Shown here one piece after another: positions 1-10,268 of a stretch of 64,000 bases of DNA (the first letter of the stretch is position 1; every line of letters begins with the position of its first letter). The stretch spans positions 8,193 to 72,192 of the forward strand of contig JFLJ01000123.1 of NCBI GenBank assembly GCA_000634115.1, given 5' to 3'. The stretch comes from Prochlorococcus sp. scB241_528O2 (lineage in GTDB: Bacteria; Cyanobacteriota; Cyanobacteriia; PCC-6307; Cyanobiaceae). The translations under genes and the position numbers were made by a program. Under the pieces are notes generated by a model. The model saw nothing but the letters and a program-made list of their open reading frames with translations. It was not told the origin of the DNA and made no database searches.

Positions 1-210
1 TTAGAAAATAATGATGTCTTCAAAATAAATGAATCTTTTATTGGTTCAAATCCAATTTCAGTACAAGATTTATCATCGAAATTTATAATTGAATTTATAA
101 AAAAAGTTAAAAACCAAGAGATACTTAGTGTTATTAAAAACCAAAAAGAAATGGAACTTGATTTCCATGTTCTAGATCTAGATACTATAAAAGAAGTTTC
201 AGAGAATTAG
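1..210 (+). CDS. 3' end of a gene entering from the left (product not determinable)
   Basis: Frame 1 is open from base 1 (LENNDVFKINESFIGSNP...KEVSEN) to TAG at 208-210, overlapping the stop of the convergent permease by 4 nt. Confidence 0.6.
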   Translation, partial: LENNDVFKINESFIGSNPISVQDLSSKFIIEFIKKVKNQEILSVIKNQKEMELDFHVLDLDTIKEVSEN

Positions 211-1229
211 TACTCTATTCTTGGATCTAAATACGCAACTAAAATATCCACAAAGAGATTCAAAGAAACTATTATCATAGAGGTAAAAATCACAATGCCT
301 TGAACCAACGTATAGTCTCTCTGAGAAATTGCTTCATGCAATCTTAAAGCAATACCTGGCCATGAAAAGGTTACTTCAAACAATAGGGCTCCTCCCGCTA
401 ATGAAGCCATAGTCAAACCTGAAATAGTGACAATTGGCAATAGAGCATTAGGTAAAGCATGATTTAAAAAAATTTTTCTACTTGATATTCCTCTACAAAT
501 AGCGGCATTTACATAATCACTTTTTAATGTCTTATCTAAATTTACTCTTAATGACCTGCTGAATATACCACTTAATAGAAAGCCAAGGGTAATAGAAGGA
601 AGTGCGAGATGATAAAGGCTACCTTTTAAAGCGACAAAATTATTAGAAAGAATACTATCTAAAACTAGAAACCCTGTTAAATGAGGTTGTTGCTCAAAGA
701 TTGGGAATCTACCACCAATTGGAGAAATATTAAAATATACAGAAAATAATAATTGAGCTAACATTGCTCCCCAAAAAGGTGGAATCGCATATGTTGCGAC
801 ACCAATTATTCTCACAATATAATCAGTCTTTTTACCTCTATTTCTTAAGCCAATAGATCCTAATAAAAATCCAATTAACATTGCAGTTAATATAGAAAAG
901 AAACCAAGCTCAATACTTGCAGGCAATGACTTAAGAATAATATTTATAACTGGTTCTTGAGTACTAAGAGATAGGCCAAAATTAAAGTGCAAAATATCAT
1001 TAATATATGAAAAATATTGATTAATTAAAGATTCATTTAGGCCTAATTTATTTCTTAGAATTTCCCTTGAAACCTCATTAGCACCAGATCCAAGTATGGC
1101 ATCAACTGGATCGCCAGGAGCAACTCGCAATAAAATAAACACTAATGAAGAAATTATCCATAACATTAATGGTATTAATGAAATTTTTAATAAGGAATAA
1201 TTAAAAAGTTTATTTAAATTCCTACTCAT
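207..1229 (-). CDS. dppB: Peptide/nickel ABC transporter permease (DppB/OppB family)
   Basis: N-terminal LRVAPGDP, FGLS, EAA-like loop DYVNAAICRG, ETFSWPG-like EVTFSWPGI, C-terminal YLDPRI. Confidence 0.9.
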   Translation of the reverse strand: MSRNLNKLFNYSLLKISLIPLMLWIISSLVFILLRVAPGDPVDAILGSGANEVSREILRNKLGLNESLINQYFSYINDILHFNFGLSLSTQEPVINIILKSLPASIELGFFSILTAMLIGFLLGSIGLRNRGKKTDYIVRIIGVATYAIPPFWGAMLAQLLFSVYFNISPIGGRFPIFEQQPHLTGFLVLDSILSNNFVALKGSLYHLALPSITLGFLLSGIFSRSLRVNLDKTLKSDYVNAAICRGISSRKIFLNHALPNALLPIVTISGLTMASLAGGALLFEVTFSWPGIALRLHEAISQRDYTLVQGIVIFTSMIIVSLNLFVDILVAYLDPRIEY

Positions 1230-2793
1230 TAATTAACTCAAGATCGCTTAAAGAAATTATTCCTGCACCATTAAAAGTAGGTTTTGATATTTTATTTTGA
1301 GACCATGCTTTTTGAGAGGATATCCAAATAGGAATATAAGGGATTGAATTTGCTGCTATTTTTTCAATTTCAACAAGTTTATCTAGTCTTTTATTTCCAC
1401 TTATATTTTCGCTCTCAAGAAATAAACTTTCTACTTTCTTTGATCCCCAAAAACTACCACTTGAAACTGACTCTCCTTCTTCACATATGCCATCAACTAT
1501 TTTATTACAACTTAAAAGTGGAGTGAGATAGGCTTCTGGATCTGAATAAGCTCCTGTCCAATCGAGAATAACTGCTGTATAAATTCCTAAACTTAGATTC
1601 TTATAAACGGTTGTAGATTCAACACCATTGAGTTCGATATCAATACAATCTTTCAAAGAATTTTTTATCTCTTCTTGCCATGTGAGAGCAATAAGTTTAT
1701 CAGCTGGTACATTTGATCTATAGGTAAGAGGTATTTTTAGAATATTTCCATCACAATAATTTTCTTTTTGTAATAAATTTCTAGCTTCTAAATAATCATA
1801 TTTAGGCCACAAATCATTATTATCTTTTTTTAATATAGGAGGTATTATTGATCTAGATGGCTTTCTTAATCCATAACTTACTTTTTCACTAATTAATTTT
1901 CTATTAAGACTTTTTGCTAAAGCCATTCTTAAATTAAGATTATTAAATGGATAAGCATTAGTTCTAAGGCTTATAAAACTTAATTCGGTGAAAGGACTAT
2001 TACCTTCCTTAAACTTTTTATTTTTACTTAAATTCTTTAAACTATTTCTCTGACTATCATCAATTGAATTTGATAAAAGCACGTCAATTTGTTTACTTTT
2101 TAAAGCGCCAAAAAGAGAAGATGAATTAGAATATCCCACAAAATTAATACCCTTATTTAAGGGCTTGTCCCCCCAATAATTAGAATTTGGATCAATCAAT
2201 TGAACTTCATTAGAAAAACTTGTTAGAACATACTTGCCAGTACCTACAAATTTTTCATTTATAAACTTATCAGAATATTCTTTATAAAAAGTTGGAGATA
2301 TTGGTGTTAAATTTACTGCGGTAAGTAAACCATTTAAAGAACTTGATGGTTTATTTAAATTGATTATTACTGAATATTCACTTGGTGTTTCTATTGATTT
2401 AATCTTATTTCCTAAAATATAATTCGTCGTTCCAATTTTTTTGAATCTATCAAAAGTAAACTTAATTGCATTTGAGTTGAATGGTGTTCCATCATGAAAA
2501 AAAACATTTTTTCTTAAATTGATAATTATTTGAAGTCTATCCTTTGAAATAATTGGCATTTCTGATGCCAATTCAGGTATTAAATCTCCATTAGAATTTA
2601 ATTCATATAACGTGTCTCCCAGAGCACTTATCAACTGAATTGCCTTAAGAGTATTAGCTCTAGCTGGATCTAAAGATTCGATTTTCCCAGAACTTGCTAC
2701 TATGATTTTTTTTGATATTTTTTTTGAAGTACAAGAATTCTGTAATAAAGAAATTAAAATAATAAATATTGATAAAAGAACTTTTTTTTTCAT
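1222..2793 (-). CDS. dppA: Peptide ABC transporter substrate-binding lipoprotein (family 5)
   Basis: Signal peptide with Cys (LQNSC), SLDPA, PELA, LRKNVFFHDGTPF, VGTGKY; overlaps dppB start. Confidence 0.88.
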   Translation of the reverse strand: MKKKVLLSIFIILISLLQNSCTSKKISKKIIVASSGKIESLDPARANTLKAIQLISALGDTLYELNSNGDLIPELASEMPIISKDRLQIIINLRKNVFFHDGTPFNSNAIKFTFDRFKKIGTTNYILGNKIKSIETPSEYSVIINLNKPSSSLNGLLTAVNLTPISPTFYKEYSDKFINEKFVGTGKYVLTSFSNEVQLIDPNSNYWGDKPLNKGINFVGYSNSSSLFGALKSKQIDVLLSNSIDDSQRNSLKNLSKNKKFKEGNSPFTELSFISLRTNAYPFNNLNLRMALAKSLNRKLISEKVSYGLRKPSRSIIPPILKKDNNDLWPKYDYLEARNLLQKENYCDGNILKIPLTYRSNVPADKLIALTWQEEIKNSLKDCIDIELNGVESTTVYKNLSLGIYTAVILDWTGAYSDPEAYLTPLLSCNKIVDGICEEGESVSSGSFWGSKKVESLFLESENISGNKRLDKLVEIEKIAANSIPYIPIWISSQKAWSQNKISKPTFNGAGIISLSDLELINE

Positions 2794-2817
2794 TTTTTTT
2801 TAATGGCAAATGTTTTT

Positions 2818-3051
2818 TTAAAATTGATTACAACAAAAAGTTTGTAAGGTTATTTGACTTATTTCTAAAGCAAATGTTTTTTTAGAATCACAATCAAAAG
2901 GCCACTCCCTTACCCAACAAATTTCTTTATCTAGATTGATACCAATTACTTGAAAAGTTTTATTATTATTTTTAATTTTTACACAAGCACCCTTATAAAG
3001 GTTTTCAGAACAAATTAAATTATTATTTTCTAATATTTTTGAATGAATCAT
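2818..3051 (-). CDS. Small hypothetical protein, possible SH3-like beta barrel
   Basis: 77-aa ORF co-oriented between hom and dppA; GACVKIK..FQVIGIN..CWVREWP. Confidence 0.6.
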   Translation of the reverse strand: MIHSKILENNNLICSENLYKGACVKIKNNNKTFQVIGINLDKEICWVREWPFDCDSKKTFALEISQITLQTFCCNQF

Positions 3052-3122
3052 TACAGCGTTAAAAATTAAACACTTACTTTCTACGGTTTAACAAGCCATA
3101 AAGAAATTTGCAAATTATTTTT

Positions 3123-4424
3123 TTAAATACAACTTAATTGACTCGCAATAATTTTGACTTCGTTAAGTGAATTTATTTCATCTTTTGATTTCTCAAAATT
3201 TCCAGTATTTACCTCATGAGTTATTACAACAATTTCTGCTTTGTCCACAGTTGCGTCTAATTGAACAATTGATTCAATTGATACATTATTGTTTCCAAAA
3301 ATATCTCCAATCTTGCCTATTACTCCTGGACTATCAAGACAGATAATTCTAAGATAATTTTTTTTTGTTATTTTAGAAGAATCTATGATATGAGAGTTTC
3401 TCCAGAAATCAAAAGATAACAAAGGATCGATTGACTCATAATTTTTTACTGAATTAGCATGAAGATTTAATATATCTGAAACTACTGATGCAGCAGTTGG
3501 GCCACTACCTGCCCCTGGACCATATAACATTATTTCTCCAAGTGGATCGGCCTCTATCAATAAGGCATTGTTAACCCCTTCAACTTTTGCTAGAGGATGA
3601 GACTTAGGAATCAAAGAGGGGCCTACCCAAATATTCAAAGCAAGAGAATCATTATTATTAATTTCTCGCCTTTCGGAGAGAGCTAAAAGTTTTATTTCAA
3701 ACCCTAATTTATTTGCATATTCGATATCCTTAAGATTAATTTTACTGATACCTTCAGTATTTATCTGATCTCTTTTAATTTTACCTCCAAATGCAAGTTC
3801 ACTAAGAATTGAAATCTTATCAGCAGCATCATGTCCTTCAACATCTGCAGTTGGATCAAATTCTGCATACCCAAGGCTTTGAGCCAATTTTAAAGTCTCC
3901 TTATAATCTGCTTTTTCGTTTGTCATCTTTGAAAGAATAAAATTTGTTGTGCCATTTATTATCCCTACCATTTTTTTAATACTGTTACTTTTTAATGACC
4001 TTTTTAAAGGCTCAATTATAGGAATCCCCCCACAAACAGCAGCCTCTGACAAAATATAAACTCCTTCTCTAGCAGCAGTTTCATATATTTCTGCTCCATA
4101 TCTTGCGATAACTGCTTTATTTGCTGTTACGACAGATTTACCAGATTTTAAAGATTTCAGAATGATATCTCTAGCTAAATCAACACCACCCATTACTTCT
4201 ACAATTACATCTATGGATGGATCATTAATTAATTTAAATGGATCATCAATTAATAAATTAGTATCTATCTCAATACCCCTTTTTTTATTAAGATCTTTAA
4301 CTGCTATTTTTACAATTTCTATTTCTTTTAAAATTGGATGTGAATCAACCTCTGATCTTAAAATCTTATAAATTCCTGAACCTACAGTGCCAAAACCTAC
4401 GATACCAATCTTGCATTTTCTCAT
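3123..4424 (-). CDS. hom: Homoserine dehydrogenase with C-terminal ACT domain
   Basis: GFGTVG, VVTANK, EAAVCGGIP, GIINGTTNFIL, DVEGHDAADK, GPGAG, DSPGVIG. Confidence 0.95.
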   Translation of the reverse strand: MRKCKIGIVGFGTVGSGIYKILRSEVDSHPILKEIEIVKIAVKDLNKKRGIEIDTNLLIDDPFKLINDPSIDVIVEVMGGVDLARDIILKSLKSGKSVVTANKAVIARYGAEIYETAAREGVYILSEAAVCGGIPIIEPLKRSLKSNSIKKMVGIINGTTNFILSKMTNEKADYKETLKLAQSLGYAEFDPTADVEGHDAADKISILSELAFGGKIKRDQINTEGISKINLKDIEYANKLGFEIKLLALSERREINNNDSLALNIWVGPSLIPKSHPLAKVEGVNNALLIEADPLGEIMLYGPGAGSGPTAASVVSDILNLHANSVKNYESIDPLLSFDFWRNSHIIDSSKITKKNYLRIICLDSPGVIGKIGDIFGNNNVSIESIVQLDATVDKAEIVVITHEVNTGNFEKSKDEINSLNEVKIIASQLSCI

Positions 4425-4469
4425 TTTTTATTTCTTATTTATTTTGAATTTAATTTTATATTACTAGAC

Positions 4470-4889
4470 CTACAAAAATTCATTGGCTTGGGACTGCATT
4501 TTCAGGAGTATGTTTAAGAACCCATTTGATCTTGAAGGAGTTAGGCTTGCTTTTAAACCAGTATCTTCTATAAATTTCTTATTTATTTTAACAACTTCAT
4601 TCGGTGTTAATTCATTTAATCCACTAATTAGGAATGCTAATAAACCCTTTGTTATTAGCGCATCAGAATATCCTTCCCAATATAATTTCCCACCTTTAAT
4701 ATCTGCTTTCACAAAAACTTCTGAAACGCATCCTTTAACTTTATTTTTTTCAACAAGGATTTTACTATCTGGTTCTTTCAATTTTTTGCCTAGCCACAAA
4801 ATATATTCATACTTTTTTTTTGGATCTTCTGATTTCCTCAACTTTTCAACTAATTTTGACAAGTTATTGTATTTTGCTTGGTTTTCCAT
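4470..4889 (-). CDS. sufE: Cysteine desulfuration protein SufE
   Basis: VKGCVSEV (sulfur-acceptor Cys), SDALITKG, LTPSRSNG. Confidence 0.92.
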   Translation of the reverse strand: MENQAKYNNLSKLVEKLRKSEDPKKKYEYILWLGKKLKEPDSKILVEKNKVKGCVSEVFVKADIKGGKLYWEGYSDALITKGLLAFLISGLNELTPNEVVKINKKFIEDTGLKASLTPSRSNGFLNILLKMQSQANEFL

Positions 4890-4930
4890 TCTTTTAGAGG
4901 TCTATTAATAATTCACTTGTAAACTTCTAA

Positions 4931-5488
4931 TTATACAAATATTTCTTTTTCTGTGATAAAGCCTGATAAAGGTATGTCCCATTCAGCTCTAGTTAATGGA
5001 ATCTTACTTACACAATTAGAAGTTAACACTCCTATGCATGGTATGTCCCTCCAATTGCTATCTCCTCTTAATTTATCAAAATAACCTCCCCCATACCCTA
5101 ATCTTATTAAATTTTTGTCTACAGAAAGACATGGGACAAATATAATACTGATCTCCTTATGACTTAATGAAATAGAATTATCTGGACTGAGTATCCCCTC
5201 AGAGTCTTTCTTAAGAGGTTTTTCATCCCACGGATAAAACAACAACTCTTTGTTATCTTTACATCTAGGCAATGCCAAAGAAAAATTTTCCTTAAGGCTT
5301 CTTATATCAACTTCATTTTTTAAAGGCCAATATATTGCTATATAACTTATATTTTTAAATTCTTTAATAAATAACTCAACATATAGCTTCACATTCTTTT
5401 CTACATTTTTCCATTGATAATAGGAGTTCTCATATCTAAGTTTTCTAAACATCTCCCTCTCCAATTTCTTTTTTTCAAAGATAATCAT
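4931..5488 (-). CDS. 5-formyltetrahydrofolate cyclo-ligase
   Basis: YWPLKNEVD, VPCLSVD, RLGYGGGYFD, WDIPL. Confidence 0.9.
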   Translation of the reverse strand: MIIFEKKKLEREMFRKLRYENSYYQWKNVEKNVKLYVELFIKEFKNISYIAIYWPLKNEVDIRSLKENFSLALPRCKDNKELLFYPWDEKPLKKDSEGILSPDNSISLSHKEISIIFVPCLSVDKNLIRLGYGGGYFDKLRGDSNWRDIPCIGVLTSNCVSKIPLTRAEWDIPLSGFITEKEIFV

Positions 5489-5497
5489 GCTGAATAT

Positions 5498-5971
5498 TCA
5501 GTTAAAGCCTTCTTCGTTTAGTTTTGTAAGAGCTATTGCTAATGCATCTGCTGAATCATCAGGTTTTGGAGCTTTTTTAAGTTTTAAGTTATACATAACA
5601 GCGTCAAGAACTTCTTTCTTAGATGCTTTTCCTGATCCTGCAATAGTTAACTTTATCTGGGCAGGGGAATATTCACTAATTTTAATTTTTTTTGAAGCCA
5701 ATACCATCATAATCACTCCTCTAGCCTGCACCACACTAATAGTAGTACTAGATCTATAAAAGAAAAATTTTTCTACCGCGGCTAGATTTGGATTCCAATG
5801 ATTTATCAATTCATTAAGATCATTGAATATCTCATGAAGTCTATGTTCTTCTTGTTTTTCTTTATTAGTCTCAATTACACCACAATCTAACAATATTTTT
5901 TTTTCATTTTGCACCTCAATGATTCCATATCCAACTCTGGCTAATCCAGGATCAATGCCTATTATTCTCAC
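5498..5971 (-). CDS. ruvC: Holliday junction resolvase RuvC
   Basis: [28 protein letters not shown]; GTG start. Confidence 0.96.
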   Translation of the reverse strand: MRIIGIDPGLARVGYGIIEVQNEKKILLDCGVIETNKEKQEEHRLHEIFNDLNELINHWNPNLAAVEKFFFYRSSTTISVVQARGVIMMVLASKKIKISEYSPAQIKLTIAGSGKASKKEVLDAVMYNLKLKKAPKPDDSADALAIALTKLNEEGFN

Positions 5972-5976
5972 TATAA

Positions 5977-7065
5977 TTAATCTTCTGCAGTCAATTGAAA
6001 TTTGGAAAAATTATCTTTTTCATCTAAATCAAATACTTTACAAAAAGCTTGAATAACTCTTTCACCTGAATCAACTTGTTCTAATGGATCTTTTCTTAGT
6101 CTATGTCTCAACGAACAAGAAATAACCCTGGCTATGTCATCTTCTTGTACTTCAGTTCTACCCTCAAAGGCTGCAATTGCCCTTGCGGATCGATTTGTAA
6201 CAATATCTCCACGTAAACCATCAACGTCAAGTTCTCCGCAGATTGCAGAAATGTTTAATCTCAGGTCATCATCCATTTGAACAGAATTTAAAATTTCTTG
6301 AGCTTTAATTACCTTTTGTTGAAGTTCATTCTGTTGATTCTCAACACTCAATGAAAAGCCATCAGGATTATCGTCAAAAGAAGTCCTTTGATCAACTACC
6401 TGAACTCTTAATTCAGCATCTCTAACTGTCTTAACCTCAACGCTCATTCCAAACCTATCCAATAGCTGAGGCCTTAATTCACCTTCTTCTGGATTACCTG
6501 AACCAATAAGTACAAATCTCGCAGGATGTCGAACTGAGACTCCCTCCCTTTCAACTGTATTCCATCCAGAAGCAGCTGAATCTAAAAGCACATCAACTAA
6601 ATGATCATCAAGCAAATTCACTTCATCAACATATAATAAACCCCTATTAGCTTTTGCCAATAAACCAGGCTCAAATGCCTTTACACCTTCACTCAAAGCC
6701 TTTTCTATATCAATGGTTCCACAAAGCCTGTCTTCAGTAGCTCCTAAAGGTAAATCAACCATTGGTACTTGTTTTTGAATACTTTCTAGATTTTCTCCTT
6801 GAACAATTCTTTCCAACACTTCTTTACTCTGCAAATCAGGATCAATTAGAGAACTATTATATGGATCATCCTTAACAACTTCTATTGCAGGCAACAAATC
6901 AGCTAAAGCTCTTATTGTAGTTGACTTTCCAGTCCCTCTATCTCCCATTATCATTACACCTCCAATCCTTGGATCAATAACATTTAACAAGAGAGCTAAT
7001 TTCATTTCTTCTTGACCAATTACAGCTGTAAAAGGAAAAACTCTTCTTTTCTTTGTTGTAGTCAC
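5977..7065 (-). CDS. chlI: Magnesium chelatase ATPase subunit I
   Basis: [50 protein letters not shown]. Confidence 0.97.
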   Translation of the reverse strand: MTTTKKRRVFPFTAVIGQEEMKLALLLNVIDPRIGGVMIMGDRGTGKSTTIRALADLLPAIEVVKDDPYNSSLIDPDLQSKEVLERIVQGENLESIQKQVPMVDLPLGATEDRLCGTIDIEKALSEGVKAFEPGLLAKANRGLLYVDEVNLLDDHLVDVLLDSAASGWNTVEREGVSVRHPARFVLIGSGNPEEGELRPQLLDRFGMSVEVKTVRDAELRVQVVDQRTSFDDNPDGFSLSVENQQNELQQKVIKAQEILNSVQMDDDLRLNISAICGELDVDGLRGDIVTNRSARAIAAFEGRTEVQEDDIARVISCSLRHRLRKDPLEQVDSGERVIQAFCKVFDLDEKDNFSKFQLTAED

Positions 7066-7186
7066 AGTTTTAGTTTTCTTTAATATTCAAATAATCCATA
7101 GATGCTACTTCAGAAAATGTTTTTAGTAAATATCCCTGTCAAATTAAAGCTACAGAGAAACAAAATCTAATTTAATTTGTATCTTC

Positions 7187-7936
7187 CTAATTTTTTTTTG
7201 AATTGTTCAAAAACCAGTTTATTTGATGGATAATGCCCCTTAAAACATTTATTTCGTGCTTAGATGTATTTGCCCTTAAAACAAAACTCTTAAATTTACC
7301 AATTTTGGCCCTAGAGGTATGCTTTAAGAGATAACCAACTTTTAGAAGCATTTCCTCTATCTCCAAGAATGAATCATGTATTTGTTTTGATGATGCGAGA
7401 TTAAAAGCTTCTAATTTCTTATTAAGATTTCGTTTAGAGGACTTATTTAATTCATAAAGAACTATTGAAACTGCGTGAGAAAGATTTAAAGAAGGATTCT
7501 TCTTAGAAGTAGGAATATTAAAAGTCTTATTTGCCATAAGTAATTCACTATTACTTAAACCTCTATCTTCTCTGCCAAATATAATTGCTAAATTATTTAT
7601 CTTTTTAAAAGATAAAATCCAATCAAATATATTTTCACAAGATTCATAAAAAGAATCTTTACTTAAATCAATCCTTCCACAAGATGCGATAACTAAATCA
7701 CAATCAAAAATTGCATTTTCAAGATTATCAAAAATTTTGCAATGATCAAGATATTTTTGACCTTTAAGAGCCATCTTTTTTGCTTCTAAAGAGTATATAT
7801 TGCATTTTGGAGAAACGATTCTTAATTCTTCAACTTCAAAATTAGAGCATAATCTTGCAACACTCCCAACATTTAAGGGGCCATTTGGTTCAACTAATAT
7901 GATCTTTAAATTAGAAAAAATTTTCTCCAAAATCAT
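7187..7936 (-). CDS. trmJ: SPOUT tRNA methyltransferase (TrmJ/LasT family)
   Basis: LVEPNGPLNVGSVAR, IFGREDRGLSNSEL, PSLNLSHAV. Confidence 0.85.
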   Translation of the reverse strand: MILEKIFSNLKIILVEPNGPLNVGSVARLCSNFEVEELRIVSPKCNIYSLEAKKMALKGQKYLDHCKIFDNLENAIFDCDLVIASCGRIDLSKDSFYESCENIFDWILSFKKINNLAIIFGREDRGLSNSELLMANKTFNIPTSKKNPSLNLSHAVSIVLYELNKSSKRNLNKKLEAFNLASSKQIHDSFLEIEEMLLKVGYLLKHTSRAKIGKFKSFVLRANTSKHEINVLRGIIHQINWFLNNSKKN

Positions 7937-8319
7937 TCAAGGCTATGTAAATATTTTAATAAATTAGACATATTTACAGGATCAATTTCAAAACTTGGCA
8001 TGGGAGGAGTAAGTCCGCCAGTAACTTGTTTTATTATCTCTTTATCATTCAAACGTTGAGTAATTGAGTGTAAGTCTGGCCCCACTAATCCTCTTGCTGT
8101 AATTCCATGACATCCGACACAATTTACTTTAAAAAGAGCATATCCTTCCTTAGCAGACCCATTAATCTCAAGAGTTTTAATAATATATTTGTTTTTTTCA
8201 TGATAATTCAAGAAAAATAATGAAAAACATATCAATGAAAGGATTAAAACAATAAAAAACTTTTGCAAGAGTTCTCTTTTACGATCTCTTTCTGCTGCAG
8301 ATGATGAAGATGTTGACAC
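7933..8319 (-). CDS. cytM: Cytochrome cM
   Basis: N-terminal TM helix, CVGCH heme motif, GPDL, TPPMP Met ligand; divergent from petG. Confidence 0.85.
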   Translation of the reverse strand: MSTSSSSAAERDRKRELLQKFFIVLILSLICFSLFFLNYHEKNKYIIKTLEINGSAKEGYALFKVNCVGCHGITARGLVGPDLHSITQRLNDKEIIKQVTGGLTPPMPSFEIDPVNMSNLLKYLHSLE

Positions 8320-8374
8320 AAAAAATAGTCTCTATGTAACAATTGTGAATAAGAAATTCAAAAAAGGCAAAAAA

Positions 8375-8494
8375 ATGATCGAGCCTCTTCTATGTGGAAT
8401 TGTTTTAGGATTAGTTCCAATAACTCTTCTTGGATTATTCGTAAGTGCATGGAATCAATACAGAAGAGGTTCAGGGATGTTGGATATCGATTAA
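8375..8494 (+). CDS. petG: Cytochrome b6f subunit V (39 aa; not in ORF track)
   Basis: Hand translation [39 protein letters not shown], matching the PetG pattern. Confidence 0.96.
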   Translation: MIEPLLCGIVLGLVPITLLGLFVSAWNQYRRGSGMLDID

Positions 8495-9070
8495 AAAAGT
8501 TAATCTTGATTGTCCATAGTTTCTGATATCTATAGTTTCCCATAAATTACTTTTTTTAATAAATAATTTTGGAGAATGTTCAAAAATAACTATTGAATCT
8601 TTTTTTAAAAAATTACAATTAAATATTTGATTTAAAACTAATTCATGATAATTAGCATCATATGGAGGGTCAAGATAAACAAAATCGAATTTTAATTTGT
8701 TTAAATCTACAATTTTAGAAGATAAGTTTCTCTCGTAATTTGGTTTTGTCCAGTTTAAAACATCTTTACAAATAACATCAATATCATTTTTTCTGTTATC
8801 TATATATTGCAGCGAACGTAGATTTTTTAAACAAATTTTTGAGTTATTTTTGTTTTTTTCAATTGCAATTATTTTTCTCGCCCCATGATTATATGCTTCA
8901 CAAGATATGGCCCCTGTTCCACTAAATAAATCTAACCAGTTACTATTTTCAACCCTATTATTCAATATATTAAATATTGCCTCTCTAACTCTCAAAGTTG
9001 TAGGTCTAGTATAAATATTGTTTGGACTTTGAAGTCTTTTACCACCTATTAATCTTAAATTTGTCTTCAT
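8471..9070 (-). CDS. rsmD: 16S rRNA m2G966 methyltransferase
   Basis: [33 protein letters not shown]. Confidence 0.92.
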   Translation of the reverse strand: MKTNLRLIGGKRLQSPNNIYTRPTTLRVREAIFNILNNRVENSNWLDLFSGTGAISCEAYNHGARKIIAIEKNKNNSKICLKNLRSLQYIDNRKNDIDVICKDVLNWTKPNYERNLSSKIVDLNKLKFDFVYLDPPYDANYHELVLNQIFNCNFLKKDSIVIFEHSPKLFIKKSNLWETIDIRNYGQSRLTFLIDIQHP

Positions 9071-9083
9071 CCCTAATTATTAG

Positions 9084-9701
9084 TTATTGAATATTACTAA
9101 GCCATCTTCTCAAAAGTTTTTCTCCAGTTTTACCAGACTTTTCTGGATGAAATTGACAGGCCAACAAATTATCATTTTCAATGATCGCTGTTAATTTTTC
9201 AGAACCATAATTAACCTGAGCTGCAATAATATTAAAGTCATCTGGGATTGCATGATAGGAATGGACAAAATAGACCCAATTATTTAATTCGTCTAACTTT
9301 AATAAAGTATTTGGTTTTGTTGGTAAAAGTTGGCACCAACCCATATGAGGGATTCTTTGATTAACTATATTAGGTATTTTTTGTATTTTCCCCTTTAAAA
9401 TGCCAAGACCTTGAACTTTCCCTTCATCACTAGATTCAAAAAGGAGTTGAAGACCTAAACAAATCCCTAAGAAAGACTTCCCACTATTAATCCAATTTTT
9501 CAAATCAGTTATCAAATCCGTATTCATTAGATTAATCATCGCAGGATCAAAAGCTCCAACCCCAGGGAGTATTATCGCCTTACAAACATTTGATTCATTA
9601 AAGTTTTTAATTAATAGTATTTCTTCTCCAAGACTTTCTAGCGATTTTGTTACGGAATGAATGTTGCCCATTCCATAGTCTATAAGTCCAATTTTATGCA
9701 A
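9084..9701 (-). CDS. hisH: Imidazole glycerol phosphate synthase glutaminase subunit
   Basis: DYGMGN, LPGVGAF, GICLG, PHMGW, YFVHSY, QFHPEKS; TTG start. Confidence 0.96.
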   Translation of the reverse strand: MHKIGLIDYGMGNIHSVTKSLESLGEEILLIKNFNESNVCKAIILPGVGAFDPAMINLMNTDLITDLKNWINSGKSFLGICLGLQLLFESSDEGKVQGLGILKGKIQKIPNIVNQRIPHMGWCQLLPTKPNTLLKLDELNNWVYFVHSYHAIPDDFNIIAAQVNYGSEKLTAIIENDNLLACQFHPEKSGKTGEKLLRRWLSNIQ

Positions 9702-9712
9702 AGCTCTTTATT

Positions 9713-10036
9713 TTATAAATGCTTAGACAAAGTGCTCGAAAGAGTTGCTTTTGGTACGGCTCCAACCACAGTATCAACCTTTTGACCTCCTTTAAAGATC
9801 ATTAATGTTGGAATACTTCTAATTCCATATTGACTCGCAACATTTGGGTTCTCATCTGTATTTAATTTAAAAACTTTAATTTTCCCTTCAAAGTCTTTTG
9901 AAATTTCTTCTACAACTGGTGCAACCATTCTGCATGGACCACACCATGGTGCCCAAAAATCAACCAATACTGGTAGATCACTTTGAAGTACATCCTTGTC
10001 AAATGAAGAATCAGTTACGGCTGGAGCTGATGACAT
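9713..10036 (-). CDS. trxA: Thioredoxin (m-type)
   Basis: [16 protein letters not shown]. Confidence 0.97.
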   Translation of the reverse strand: MSSAPAVTDSSFDKDVLQSDLPVLVDFWAPWCGPCRMVAPVVEEISKDFEGKIKVFKLNTDENPNVASQYGIRSIPTLMIFKGGQKVDTVVGAVPKATLSSTLSKHL

Positions 10037-10127
10037 AATTTAAGTATTCCTTTTAGAAAATTTAGCAGGCAAATCTTTTAAGTGATGATTTCATTACAGA
10101 TAAAATGATATAAGTAACAAAATATCT

Positions 10128-10149
10128 AAAAAAGCCCGATTAATCGGGC
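10128..10149 (-). terminator. Rho-independent terminator of Yfr1
   Basis: Perfect palindrome GCCCGATTAATCGGGC (10134-10149) followed by T6 on the minus strand. Confidence 0.88.
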
Positions 10150-10184
10150 GATTTAGTGTGTGAGGAGTATGGGGTTTCCCCCAT
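10128..10184 (-). ncRNA. yfr1: Yfr1 small RNA
   Basis: Minus strand reads AUGGGG-GAAA-CCCCAU hairpin, unpaired ACUCCUCACAC motif, GCCCGAUUAAUCGGGC hairpin plus U6; lies between guaB and trxA, the established Yfr1 location. Confidence 0.93.
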
Positions 10185-10190
10185 CTTTCA

Positions 10191-10196
10191 ATAATA
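10191..10196 (-). promoter_or_regulatory. Putative -10 box of yfr1
   Basis: TATTAT on minus strand, 6 nt upstream of the inferred 5' end at 10184. Confidence 0.6.
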
Positions 10197-10268
10197 ACTC
10201 CTAATGCTAAATTTTTTCAATTTAATGCTTAATTTACTAAGGTTTTATAATTTTAATCTAAATAAAAA

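Noticed and set aside
2772-2820. Long poly-T/poly-A tracts (also near 11507-11516) as phase-variation sites
   Set aside because: Expected at this AT content; adjacent reading frames are intact
4483-4908. 141-aa plus-strand ORF
   Set aside because: Antisense shadow of sufE
8358-8543. 61-aa minus-strand ORF
   Set aside because: Antisense to petG and out of frame within rsmD; petG explains the region
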